From: an uncultured bacterium
Lineage (GTDB): Bacteria > RBG-13-61-14 > CAYWKU01
Direction of reading: 5' to 3'
NCBI GenBank assembly: GCA_964459325.1
Contig: CAYWKU010000014.1
Location: 15,189-79,188, forward strand
Length of the DNA: 64,000 nucleotides
In this document: piece after piece, positions 8,605 to 17,071 of the stretch
Position numbering within the stretch: position 1 is the first letter of the stretch
Layout: each line of letters begins with the position of its first letter
The notes under the pieces: generated by a model
What the model saw: the letters and a program-made list of their open reading frames with translations, nothing else
The model's database searches: none
What the model was told of the DNA's origin: nothing
Made by a program: the position numbers and the translations under genes

Positions 8605-8653
8605 GACAAGGGGTTTTAACCCCTTGAAATTCAAGGGGCTGAAGCCCCTTGTC
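8605..8653. repeat. REP-like double hairpin, copy a
   Basis: GACAAGGGGTTTTAACCCCTTG-AAATT-CAAGGGGCTGAAGCCCCTTGTC. Reverse-complement copy at 10171-10218. Confidence 0.85.
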
Positions 8654-8732
8654 CATTCGGGGTTCTTTTTCGGCACGATGAAGGTCAACACATCCCAAAC
8701 GAAAAATCATAATTCTGCAACGGCCTCTATTA

Positions 8733-9296
8733 TTACATTTTCAGTTTTTTCAAGGCGTCCCACCTCGGGTCCCATTCCTCTTCGCGGCAATTGCATTCCC
8801 CGAGGTTCAAATCCGCGCCGCAACGGCCACAAAGTCCGCTGCAATCGGGCCGGCACAGAAACTTGACGGGAAAATGCAAGGCCAGCTGGCCTCTTAAATG
8901 CTCGCCGATGTCAATCTCCTCGGGGGTCTCGTAGGTCCCGAAGCCTTCGTCTTCCGCGTCCTCGCCTCTCTGGCCGGGACGAGCCGGCGCCAGCACCACG
9001 TCCACCGGCGCTTTTACTTCCGAGTATAGCTCCGCCAGGCATCTTGCGCATTCGGCGATTACGGTGACCTTTATCTCACCCACAACGTGCACCTGCTCGC
9101 CGGTTCGGGTAACGTCCAGGTGGAAGATCACGGTGCTCGCAAGGCCCGGCCTGGCGTCTTCCTCCAGCATGTCGGTGAAGTTGGTCAGCCACGTCTCGGG
9201 CCGTATTTCATCTAAAACCAACCCCTCATCGGGGATATTTTCCAGTCTTACCTTCAACCGAACCACCTCCCCCGATAAATATCGTCCCTCCCACAA
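8733..9296 (-). CDS. yceD: YceD/DUF177 family protein
   Basis: CARCL and LCRPDCSGLCGRCGADLN...DPRWDAL motifs; upstream of rpmF. True start may be GTG ~9266. Confidence 0.9.
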   Translation of the reverse strand: MWEGRYLSGEVVRLKVRLENIPDEGLVLDEIRPETWLTNFTDMLEEDARPGLASTVIFHLDVTRTGEQVHVVGEIKVTVIAECARCLAELYSEVKAPVDVVLAPARPGQRGEDAEDEGFGTYETPEEIDIGEHLRGQLALHFPVKFLCRPDCSGLCGRCGADLNLGECNCREEEWDPRWDALKKLKM

Positions 9297-9506
9297 TTCC
9301 AGAGCAGTTCAAAGAACAATGCCTTATGCCATAATAAAGCAGCCGGTGAAAAGTACCGGCTAACTGAATATTAGGCTATATACCATTGCGGCGTTTGTCA
9401 ACTTTTGAGGAATTGCCCGCATCCGGCTCAACCGGTTCCACCCCACCATTGCAATCGGGGACACATGGCCTATTTTCAAAAATACCTCGCATCAAGGAGT
9501 TTTCCG

Positions 9507-10193
9507 ATGAAAAGGTCCGAAATTAACGGGATTCAAAAGGGGGCGCTAAAGTTTTTCGAGCGACACAATTTCCATCTGCCGCCCTGGTCTAAATGGAGAC
9601 CGGACGACTGGAAACGTGCGGGCGAGGCCGCCGCTGAAATTAAAAAGCGGATGCTGGGCTGGGACGTCACCGACTTCGGCAAGGGAGACTTCAGCTCCGA
9701 AGGGCTGGTGCTTTTTACGCTCCGCAACGGCCTGCTCGAAAGCTCGGGAGAGCCTTATTGCGAAAAAATAATGATATGCCGGCTCGGACAAAGGATGCCC
9801 GCTCACTTCCATTGGACCAAGACCGAGGACATCATCAACCGGGCGGGCGGAAAAATGGTGATGACCCTCCATAACTCCGATGAAAGCGAAAAACCTTCCC
9901 CTCACCCTATAAAAGTGCGAATCGACGGAATATACAGGGAAGTGTCGCCCGGTGAAGAAGTAATACTCCACCCCGGCGAAAGCATCACGCTCACCCCCGG
10001 CCTGTACCACAGCCTCCACGCCCGGGGCGAGGACATACTCATCGGCGAGGTAAGCAGCGTCAACGACGACAAAACCGACAATCGTTTTCGGGAGGAACTG
10101 CCCCGTTTTCCCGAAATCGAAGAGGACGAAGAGACACTCTACTGCCTTTGCAACGAGTATCCCTTTTTTAGACAAGGGGCTTCAGCCCCTTGA
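9507..10193 (+). CDS. D-lyxose/D-mannose ketol-isomerase family cupin
   Basis: MKRSEIN start with AAGGAG RBS; LGWDVTDFG, YCEKIM, PAHFHWTKTEDIINRAGG, GEVSSVNDD..DNRF, IEEDE. Confidence 0.88.
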   Translation: MKRSEINGIQKGALKFFERHNFHLPPWSKWRPDDWKRAGEAAAEIKKRMLGWDVTDFGKGDFSSEGLVLFTLRNGLLESSGEPYCEKIMICRLGQRMPAHFHWTKTEDIINRAGGKMVMTLHNSDESEKPSPHPIKVRIDGIYREVSPGEEVILHPGESITLTPGLYHSLHARGEDILIGEVSSVNDDKTDNRFREELPRFPEIEEDEETLYCLCNEYPFFRQGASAP

Positions 10194-10218
10194 TTCCAAG
10201 GGGTTAAAACCCCTTGTC
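10171..10218. repeat. REP-like double hairpin, copy b
   Basis: GACAAGGGGCTTCAGCCCCTTG-ATTC-CAAGGGGTTAAAACCCCTTGTC; overlaps the isomerase stop codon. Confidence 0.85.
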
Positions 10219-10263
10219 TACCTATCACCAGTACCTATTTCAAATATTCGCGCCTGCATCGGC

Positions 10264-11373
10264 TCAATCAACCAGTGATGATTTGAGGTAAGTCATGATG
10301 TCCGGGTTGGTCCCGAACGTCACTCCAATTGACCGCGCGTCCCGGAAACGCTTTTCCACCGGATAATCGTGCATGTAGCCGTAGCCTCCGAAGCACTGTA
10401 TCGCATCGGTGGTGGCCTGCATGGCTGCATCAGAAGCAAAGACCCGTGCCAGCAACGAGGCCCTGACGTCGAGCTTGCCGGTTATCCTGCCCGACTCGGA
10501 ATCTATTATCTCGTCGTTGGCCTTCATCACCTCCCGGAGCCTGCTGCGAGCGGCGTCTATCCGGGCGCTGTTTGAAAGTATCATGTGAGCCACGGCGTCG
10601 TGATTTATGATGCAGGTCCCTCCCTGGTATCTTTCGTTGGCGTACTTGCGGGCGTCTTCCAGGGCCGCCGCCGCGCATCCCACCGCTACGCAGCCTAAAA
10701 GAGTGGAGGTCAGGGCGAGCGCCTTCATGGAATCCACCTCCCCGAGCCTTACCCCCTCCACACCGTCAAGCTTCAATTTCCCGGGGGTCGCCGCGCGAAG
10801 CCCCAGCGGATTGTGCATGGGGCTGACTTCCACCCCCTGGGAATCGGCGGGCACTATCCAGCAGGTTCGGCCTCCCCCTTCCTCTGCGGTTACCGCGTAC
10901 CATCGGGCGTGTCCGGCCCCCAGCACGCCTGGGTCGTTTCCTTTCAAAGTACCCTCCGGCCCAACCGAGAAGGGAGTTTGAAACAACCCCGCCGATGCGA
11001 CCATGAACCTATCAGGGTCGGCTTCGTAAGGCTCCTTTATAAACCGCTCCAGTGTGGAAAAATCCGCCGCCGAGTTGATTGCCGCGAGTATTCCGGCCAG
11101 GCTCGCCACCACCTGGGTGGCCATACCCGCGCACCCCCCGGCCAACTCTTCCAACACAAGCCCTGCGTCGAAGGTTTTGAGACCCGTTCCGCCCAACTCG
11201 GGCGGAGCCGGCATGTTCATAAACCCCAGCTCGTTGGCCCGGCGGAGCCAACCTTCGGGGAAAGGGGCGTTAAGCCCGTCGTATTGCCACGCCACCGGCG
11301 ACAGCGTTTTCATGGCAAACAGCCGGGCCGTTTCCTTCATCACCGATTGGTCCTGGGTCAGCTTTTCCTCCAT
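10264..11373 (-). CDS. Acyl-CoA dehydrogenase-like protein (degenerate active site)
   Basis: ELGGTG, LEELA, LGLRA, QCFGGYGYMHDYPVEKRFRDAR. TEPxxGSD is absent and YEGT reads TFGT. Confidence 0.85.
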   Translation of the reverse strand: MEEKLTQDQSVMKETARLFAMKTLSPVAWQYDGLNAPFPEGWLRRANELGFMNMPAPPELGGTGLKTFDAGLVLEELAGGCAGMATQVVASLAGILAAINSAADFSTLERFIKEPYEADPDRFMVASAGLFQTPFSVGPEGTLKGNDPGVLGAGHARWYAVTAEEGGGRTCWIVPADSQGVEVSPMHNPLGLRAATPGKLKLDGVEGVRLGEVDSMKALALTSTLLGCVAVGCAAAALEDARKYANERYQGGTCIINHDAVAHMILSNSARIDAARSRLREVMKANDEIIDSESGRITGKLDVRASLLARVFASDAAMQATTDAIQCFGGYGYMHDYPVEKRFRDARSIGVTFGTNPDIMTYLKSSLVD

Positions 11374-11375
11374 GA

Positions 11376-12167
11376 TTACCCCCGCTTGAAGTCAGATTTG
11401 TTCGGCGGCAGACTTTCCAGGGGATTGGTAAGCAGAAACTTCAGTTGCGGCGCGTACCAGCCGAACAGAGGCTTGCTCAGTCCAAGGTCTTCAAGGTCGC
11501 GAGCCGCGTGATGTCGCCCGCCGATTTCAATTTCGCATCTTTTTCCGTATGAAGGTCTGAAGCCGTAAATTTTCCCCAGCGCCTCGCTGCGCAGCAACCT
11601 GTCCGAGCGGACGGAATACAGGTTGCCCCTCATTCCGTATACGCGGTTTCCTTCCGAGTGAGGCGCTTCCATTACTATAACGTTTTCTCCGTTTCCGGAA
11701 ACATGGCACCTGCCGTGCCTTGGTATTTCTTCGATATTAACCGCTGCGGGTTCGGTAGTAAAGCCGTAGATTTCCCGGAAGGCCCCGGCCAGCTCCTCGT
11801 TTCCGATAAAACGGTGCAGCATGTAAAAAGACGGGGAAAAAGCGCTCGACAAGATGGAACGCAACCGCCCCTTTTTCAGTGGCGAGCCGATGGGCAAAAT
11901 GACCGCAAACTCCCTGAAGGCGCCGAGGCTGGAGTCATGGTGATTGAGCGCCGCCAGGACAACGGGCGTCCGGTTTCGAGGCAGGCTCACCGGATTTATC
12001 AACGGCGAAGGCAGCATAGGAGCCAGGGTCGAACGGCGGGCCAGGCATACCACTCCGAAGGCCGAGGTGTTATGATGGAAAACAGGCAACAGCATCCCGG
12101 CGCCGATTTCACAGCGGTGAGGAACCAATTGCCTGATTTCGCGGAAATGAAGGTCATTCCCGGGCAT
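11376..12167 (-). CDS. Acetoacetate-decarboxylase-like superfamily protein
   Basis: LPSPLINP...HHDSSLGAFREFAVILP and FREIYGF resemble ADC-like motifs (GREIWGxPK), but the Lys is missing. Confidence 0.6.
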   Translation of the reverse strand: MPGNDLHFREIRQLVPHRCEIGAGMLLPVFHHNTSAFGVVCLARRSTLAPMLPSPLINPVSLPRNRTPVVLAALNHHDSSLGAFREFAVILPIGSPLKKGRLRSILSSAFSPSFYMLHRFIGNEELAGAFREIYGFTTEPAAVNIEEIPRHGRCHVSGNGENVIVMEAPHSEGNRVYGMRGNLYSVRSDRLLRSEALGKIYGFRPSYGKRCEIEIGGRHHAARDLEDLGLSKPLFGWYAPQLKFLLTNPLESLPPNKSDFKRG

Positions 12168-12175
12168 TGAAACGA

Positions 12176-12853
12176 TTATATTCCGCCGGAGTCGGCGTCA
12201 TCCTCTTCGACCACCTCCGGCCACTTATCGGGTTTCATTATTATAAGTTTTTTCAGGGCCTTTCGTATTAACCCGTACATGTAGGAGGTTTTGACTTCGG
12301 GATTCCTGTACCAGTAATTGAAAGCTCCCATTGTCAACATGCATATCAGCATGGCTGCGTCTTCGGGTTTGCATTCGGTGTTGAAAACACCTTTACTCTG
12401 ACCGTTGGCTACGAGCATGGTAAGAAACCGGATGTAAGAGTTCAAAGTCTGGCCCAGCGATTTAGTCGCTTCCTCACTTTCATGAAAAGTTTCTATCTGC
12501 AATAGAAGATAGGCTCGATTGAGTTCAGGCTCGGTGTTCAATTTTTTCTGAAAATGCTCGAGCAGGGTGCTCAATATGTCGGCTTCATCAACGTCTTCAG
12601 AGGAAACAATTTCGTCAATCATCTGCTGGACGCTACCCGAGACGAGTTTTTTCACCACCATGTCCAGGAGTCCGTCTTTTGTGCCGAAGTACCAGAAGAT
12701 GGCGCTTTTGGCCACGTGCGCTTCTTCGGCAATATCCGCCACGCTGGCGCCGCGGTAACCTCTTTGACTGAACAGGCGGATTGCGGCGTCCAGTATTTTT
12801 TCCCGCGTTAAAGCCGATTTTTTGTTTCTCTGCGCCTCTTTATTTTCCGCCAC
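12176..12853 (-). CDS. TetR/AcrR family transcriptional regulator
   Basis: TREKILDAAIRLFSQRGYRGASVADIAEEAHVAKSAIFWYFGTKDGL. GTG start at 12853 with upstream AAGGAAG. Confidence 0.92.
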   Translation of the reverse strand: MAENKEAQRNKKSALTREKILDAAIRLFSQRGYRGASVADIAEEAHVAKSAIFWYFGTKDGLLDMVVKKLVSGSVQQMIDEIVSSEDVDEADILSTLLEHFQKKLNTEPELNRAYLLLQIETFHESEEATKSLGQTLNSYIRFLTMLVANGQSKGVFNTECKPEDAAMLICMLTMGAFNYWYRNPEVKTSYMYGLIRKALKKLIIMKPDKWPEVVEEDDADSGGI

Positions 12854-13079
12854 CTGGATTACTTCCTTTTTAAGTAGCAATCTAGCTAATTTACCGAGGA
12901 GTTTCAACTCGAAGATGCAAAATGTCAAGTTTTTAACAACTTACTTTATCTGAACTAAGGATTTGTCTCCGCTCATTTTACGAACCGAAAACCCCTTTTA
13001 AACAGGCATCTTGGCAATTCGACTTTTCCATAATATCCTTTTTCTTATCCATGCTAATCGGGCACGGCCCGGGGGGCGG

Positions 13080-13289
13080 ATGACACTGGAAATAAAGAAA
13101 ACGGCAGTAAGTTTCGAGCCGGACGAGGTTATGGAGGTCGAGCGCATCGTACTGGATGCCGACGGGCGCGCCGCGCTGGAGTTTCTGAAAAAAAGCGTTT
13201 ACGGGAAAATGGTGGCTTCCCAGAAAGCCAGGCTGCACAGCCACGACATCAACCCCGCAAAGCCCTCCGACCATATGAAAAATAAATAG
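13080..13289 (+). CDS. Small hypothetical protein (69 aa)
   Basis: ATG 13080 after GGGGG, normal codon usage, same strand and 67 bp upstream of the radical SAM gene. Confidence 0.6.
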   Translation: MTLEIKKTAVSFEPDEVMEVERIVLDADGRAALEFLKKSVYGKMVASQKARLHSHDINPAKPSDHMKNK

Positions 13290-13356
13290 TGAAGGCCTCT
13301 TATCGAAATACCGCCGTGTTGACAGCAACACATAAAGGCAATAGAATCGGCACGCT

Positions 13357-15348
13357 ATGAAGGTATCGCTGATATTCCCGCCGGACTGGAACGACCTGTG
13401 TATGCCTTACGGCAGTACTCCCTCCATCAAGGCTTATCTCGAAGAGGGCGGAATCGAGGCATCACAATTCGACTTCAACATCGAGGCCTACGAGCGGATA
13501 CTCGAACCGGACAAGCTCCGGCAACTCTGGAAGCAAACCGACTGGAAAAAGGATTACCCCGCTCCCACCCCCGGGTCGCCCGGGCGCAAAGAAGTGGGCA
13601 AAATGCTCGCCGGAAAAGTAGACACCATCGTCGACAACATATCCGAAGCAATCGGTGTATTCCGTAGCTCCGATAAGTTCTATGACCCGGAAAAATACAA
13701 GCATGCCCTGGGAGTTCTGGACGGGGCGATTCTGCTGGTGTCGGCATCGAGCTGGGCGCTGGAAGATTCACTCAAATCGCCCGAAGAGGCGATAAAGGCC
13801 GCTTCCGACCCTTCGGTCAACATATTCTACCCTTACATCGAAGAGCTGTTCAAAGAAAAGCTCGCTTCAAGGTACGACATGGCGGGCCTTAGCGTGGCGT
13901 GGCCGAGGCAAATGATACCGGCCATCGCACTGGCTTACCTGATAAAGAAAAAATATCCGGAAACGCACGTAAGCCTGGGCGGCGCCTACCCCAGCCTGAT
14001 ATTCGAAGCCATCGAAAACTCTCCCGAGTTGTTCGATTACTTCGATTCCGTTTCATTGAGCGAGGGGGAAGTCGCGTCGCTGGGATTGGCGAAAGCCGTC
14101 GGAGAGGGAGAAAGCGTAAGCGAAGTTCCGGGAATTTTGTACAGGCACGGCGGCGAAGTGCACAGAACCAGCCTGCCTGTAATGGAAGACGCCGACGAGC
14201 TTCCGACGCCGGATTTCGACGGCCTGGATTTGAATAAATATCTTTCCCCGGAGCCGGCGCTTCCGGTTTTCAGCTCGAGGGGATGTTTCTGGAGACGATG
14301 CAGCTACTGCCTGAGACCCGACCGGAAAACTTTCAGCCAGCGCAGTCCTCAGCAGGTGGTCAAGGATTTGACAGCGCTTCATCGCCGTTACAAGGCACGC
14401 GCTTTCCATTTTACCGACAACGCCATCCGCACCCGCAGGATGGCGGAAATAGCCGACCTGATTTCGGAGGCCGGGCTTGAAATAAGCTGGACCGCCCGCA
14501 CCCGGTTTTCTCACGAAATGACCTGGGACTGGTGCGACCAGGTTGCCGCCGGAGGATGTGCCCGTATCATTTTCGGAGTAGAAAGCGCCTCCAAGCGCAT
14601 TCTCGACATGATGGACAAGGGTTTTCGCACCGAGGACGTGCCGGAAGCCCTCCAGGGATTATCCAAGGCGGGGATAGATTCCACCCTCTACTTCATAGTG
14701 GGCTTTCCCACCGAAAAGGAAGACGAAGCCCGAAAAACACTTCAGTTCGCCGAGCGGTTAACCGAAAGCCTCACCCCCTACGCCCAATATTACGTAACCC
14801 TTTTCGCCGTCCCCATCGGCAGCATAATTCACCAAAAACCGGATAGTTACGGAATTACTAAGCTGGCGGAGCCTGCCGCGAACGATTTGAGAAACCCCTA
14901 CCTTTACGAGTTCGAAACCGAAGAGGGAATGAGCCGCAAAGAAGCGGTAAAAATATATGGCGAGTTTCTCAGAAAGTTCGATGAGCTTACAAAACATCCT
15001 TACCGCATGCCCCACGACATGCTGATGAGGATGTCGGACAGCGCGGAGGCGGCGGTTTCCGAACCCCGGGCGCGGGTTTTGAAACTGGAGCATATTCCCA
15101 AGTTGGCAGATGATTTAAGGGCGGAAAAGGGGTATTTGTTGAAGGGAAACAAAAAGTTCCGCATTAACGAGCAGATGCGCAAGCTCATGGAACTTTTGGA
15201 CTCCAAAAGAACGGTCAAACAAGTGCTGCACGGGTTGACCAGGCAGGAAGATATCTCCATGCCCGCCGCCTACATCTACGCACAGCAGCTATTCGACGAG
15301 GGCATAATCGAGGTAAGAGCTTCCGAGGAACAAAAGGGCAAGCGGTAA
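13357..15348 (+). CDS. B12-binding radical SAM enzyme with C-terminal PqqD/RRE-like domain
   Basis: N-terminal cobalamin-binding region (PYGSTPSIKAYL...GGAY), SRGCFWRRCSYC (CxxxCxxC), FTDNA, GVESAS, YFIVGFPTE, plus a ~75-aa C-terminal beta/3-helix tail. Confidence 0.88.
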   Translation: MKVSLIFPPDWNDLCMPYGSTPSIKAYLEEGGIEASQFDFNIEAYERILEPDKLRQLWKQTDWKKDYPAPTPGSPGRKEVGKMLAGKVDTIVDNISEAIGVFRSSDKFYDPEKYKHALGVLDGAILLVSASSWALEDSLKSPEEAIKAASDPSVNIFYPYIEELFKEKLASRYDMAGLSVAWPRQMIPAIALAYLIKKKYPETHVSLGGAYPSLIFEAIENSPELFDYFDSVSLSEGEVASLGLAKAVGEGESVSEVPGILYRHGGEVHRTSLPVMEDADELPTPDFDGLDLNKYLSPEPALPVFSSRGCFWRRCSYCLRPDRKTFSQRSPQQVVKDLTALHRRYKARAFHFTDNAIRTRRMAEIADLISEAGLEISWTARTRFSHEMTWDWCDQVAAGGCARIIFGVESASKRILDMMDKGFRTEDVPEALQGLSKAGIDSTLYFIVGFPTEKEDEARKTLQFAERLTESLTPYAQYYVTLFAVPIGSIIHQKPDSYGITKLAEPAANDLRNPYLYEFETEEGMSRKEAVKIYGEFLRKFDELTKHPYRMPHDMLMRMSDSAEAAVSEPRARVLKLEHIPKLADDLRAEKGYLLKGNKKFRINEQMRKLMELLDSKRTVKQVLHGLTRQEDISMPAAYIYAQQLFDEGIIEVRASEEQKGKR

Positions 15349-15664
15349 AACCCTGCACCCACCCGATAACCCGAAAGAAAGTTCAAACCCCGAACCGGAG
15401 TTCCAAATGATGAGTTTCCCGGAAAAATTCCTTTCAAAGGAACTTCCGGGCTGTCTTCAGTTTCGATAAACCGGAGAGATGAAGTTGCCGGGTGTTTGGT
15501 AATTTAGAAGGGGAAACTCGGTAGCACTATTTTTAGATATATGACATCCTGTGGGCGAGATTAAATATTTTTTCTTGAAATGTAACTAAATTAATGCTAA
15601 TCTTTATTAAATTTAAGTATAATATCGCTTAAAAGAAGGGCCGGAGCGCCCGGAAGGTAATTCC

Positions 15665-16321
15665 ATGATTCTGGAGAGGCTTTACGAGTGGTGGCTGCTT
15701 TTCGAAAAGGGCGGCCCCTTGATGTACCTGATATTCCTGTGCTCGGTAACCGCGCTTGCCATAATATTCGAGCGGCTCTGGATGTTGCGCTCATCGAAGG
15801 TTATACCCGACGAGCTTGTCAAACGCGCCGAATCACTGCTTTCAAGCGGGAAATATAGCGAAGCCCGCGCTCTTCTCTCCTCAAGCAACACCTCCATAGC
15901 CCGCGTGCTGCTGGAGGGAATGGAGAGAGCGGATAAAGGCCGGGAAGCCGTGCGGGAAGCCATGGAAGACGCCGGGCGGATAGAGGCCACCCAACTCAAC
16001 CAGTTCGTCAACATGCTGGGGGGCATCGCCGGATTATCCCCCCTGCTGGGCCTTCTGGGAACGGTTATAGGCATGATACAGGCATTTAACAACATAGTGG
16101 AGCATGGAGTGGGCAATCCCGGGGACGTGGCGGGGGGCATTTCCGTGGCGCTTATTACCACTGCCGCAGGCCTCACGGTCGCCATCCCCGCTTTCATCGC
16201 CAACCGTTACTTCGCGGGAAGAGTGGAGAGTCTTCTTGCCAGGATGGAAGAGGTCGGCGTTCGCTTCATGGAGATTATCACCGGCTCCCCTGAAAAAACC
16301 GACCGGGAGGAGGACGGTTGA
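15665..16321 (+). CDS. exbB: MotA/TolQ/ExbB proton channel protein
   Basis: LGGIAGLSPLLGLLGTVIGMIQAF, GGISVALITTAAGLTVAIPA. Confidence 0.88.
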   Translation: MILERLYEWWLLFEKGGPLMYLIFLCSVTALAIIFERLWMLRSSKVIPDELVKRAESLLSSGKYSEARALLSSSNTSIARVLLEGMERADKGREAVREAMEDAGRIEATQLNQFVNMLGGIAGLSPLLGLLGTVIGMIQAFNNIVEHGVGNPGDVAGGISVALITTAAGLTVAIPAFIANRYFAGRVESLLARMEEVGVRFMEIITGSPEKTDREEDG

Positions 16322-16731
16322 GGTTCTCGAGGCAAAAACCGCAACAGGAGTTCCGGATAGACCTGACGTCCCTGATTGACGTGGTGTTTCTTCTCATCAT
16401 TTTCTTCATGGTCACCACAACCTTCCAGGCCCGCTCAGGCATTTCGGTAAAGCTCCCGGAAGCCGATTCCGAAATGCCCGCCGAGGAGTTCAAGCGGGTG
16501 GTCATCAGCTTGCGGGAAGACGGAAACACCTACTACCAGGACGCGCAGATAAGCGAAGAAGGGTTGACCCGCCGACTGGCGGCCGCCGCTGCTTCTGACA
16601 CTAAAACCCTGGTCATAATCAGGGCGGATAAGCACGTGGCTCACGGTCGGGTGGTATCCGTGATGGACGCCGCCCGAAGCGCCGGACTTAACCGACTGGC
16701 CATAGCCACCGTCAAAAGACCGCCGAGATGA
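16318..16731 (+). CDS. exbD: ExbD/TolR family protein
   Basis: IDLTSLIDVVFLLIIFFMVTT, IIRADKHVAHGRVVSVMD; 4-bp overlap with exbB. Confidence 0.9.
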   Translation: MRFSRQKPQQEFRIDLTSLIDVVFLLIIFFMVTTTFQARSGISVKLPEADSEMPAEEFKRVVISLREDGNTYYQDAQISEEGLTRRLAAAAASDTKTLVIIRADKHVAHGRVVSVMDAARSAGLNRLAIATVKRPPR

Positions 16732-16742
16732 GGTGAAATAAC

Positions 16743-17069
16743 ATGCCGCCGAGCCGTTCCAAATCGTCCCGGTTGGAAAAAATTCTGTTAACCACCCTGG
16801 TTATAATTGCCTTTGGCATCGCCGGAGCGGCGGTTGTCGGAAAACACGGACTGTTGACTTACATCAACATGCAGAACAGATACGAGCAAATGCAGGAAGA
16901 ATGCGAGCGACTGCGGGAGGAAAACGAGCGACTCCGGCAGGAAATACAAGCTTTACGAAAAGACCCCGAGGCCATCGAGGAGGTTGCCCGAAAAGAACTT
17001 GGCATGATAAAGCCGGGCGAGGTATTATATAAGTTCAAACCGGAGGATTCGGGCGTCGAGGTGAGATAG
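16743..17069 (+). CDS. ftsB: Septum formation initiator FtsB/DivIC
   Basis: TM helix, GxxG, coiled coil, IEEVARKELGMIKPGEVLY. Confidence 0.88.
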   Translation: MPPSRSKSSRLEKILLTTLVIIAFGIAGAAVVGKHGLLTYINMQNRYEQMQEECERLREENERLRQEIQALRKDPEAIEEVARKELGMIKPGEVLYKFKPEDSGVEVR

Positions 17070-17071
17070 CC

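Noticed and set aside
8455-8710. Small ORFs in the yceD-rpmF spacer
   Set aside because: They run through the palindromic repeat, with no RBS or family signal.
15408-15470. ~20-aa ORF (MMSFPEKFLSKELPGCLQFR) downstream of the radical SAM gene as a RiPP precursor
   Set aside because: No RBS and no leader/core features; too short to support without conservation data.
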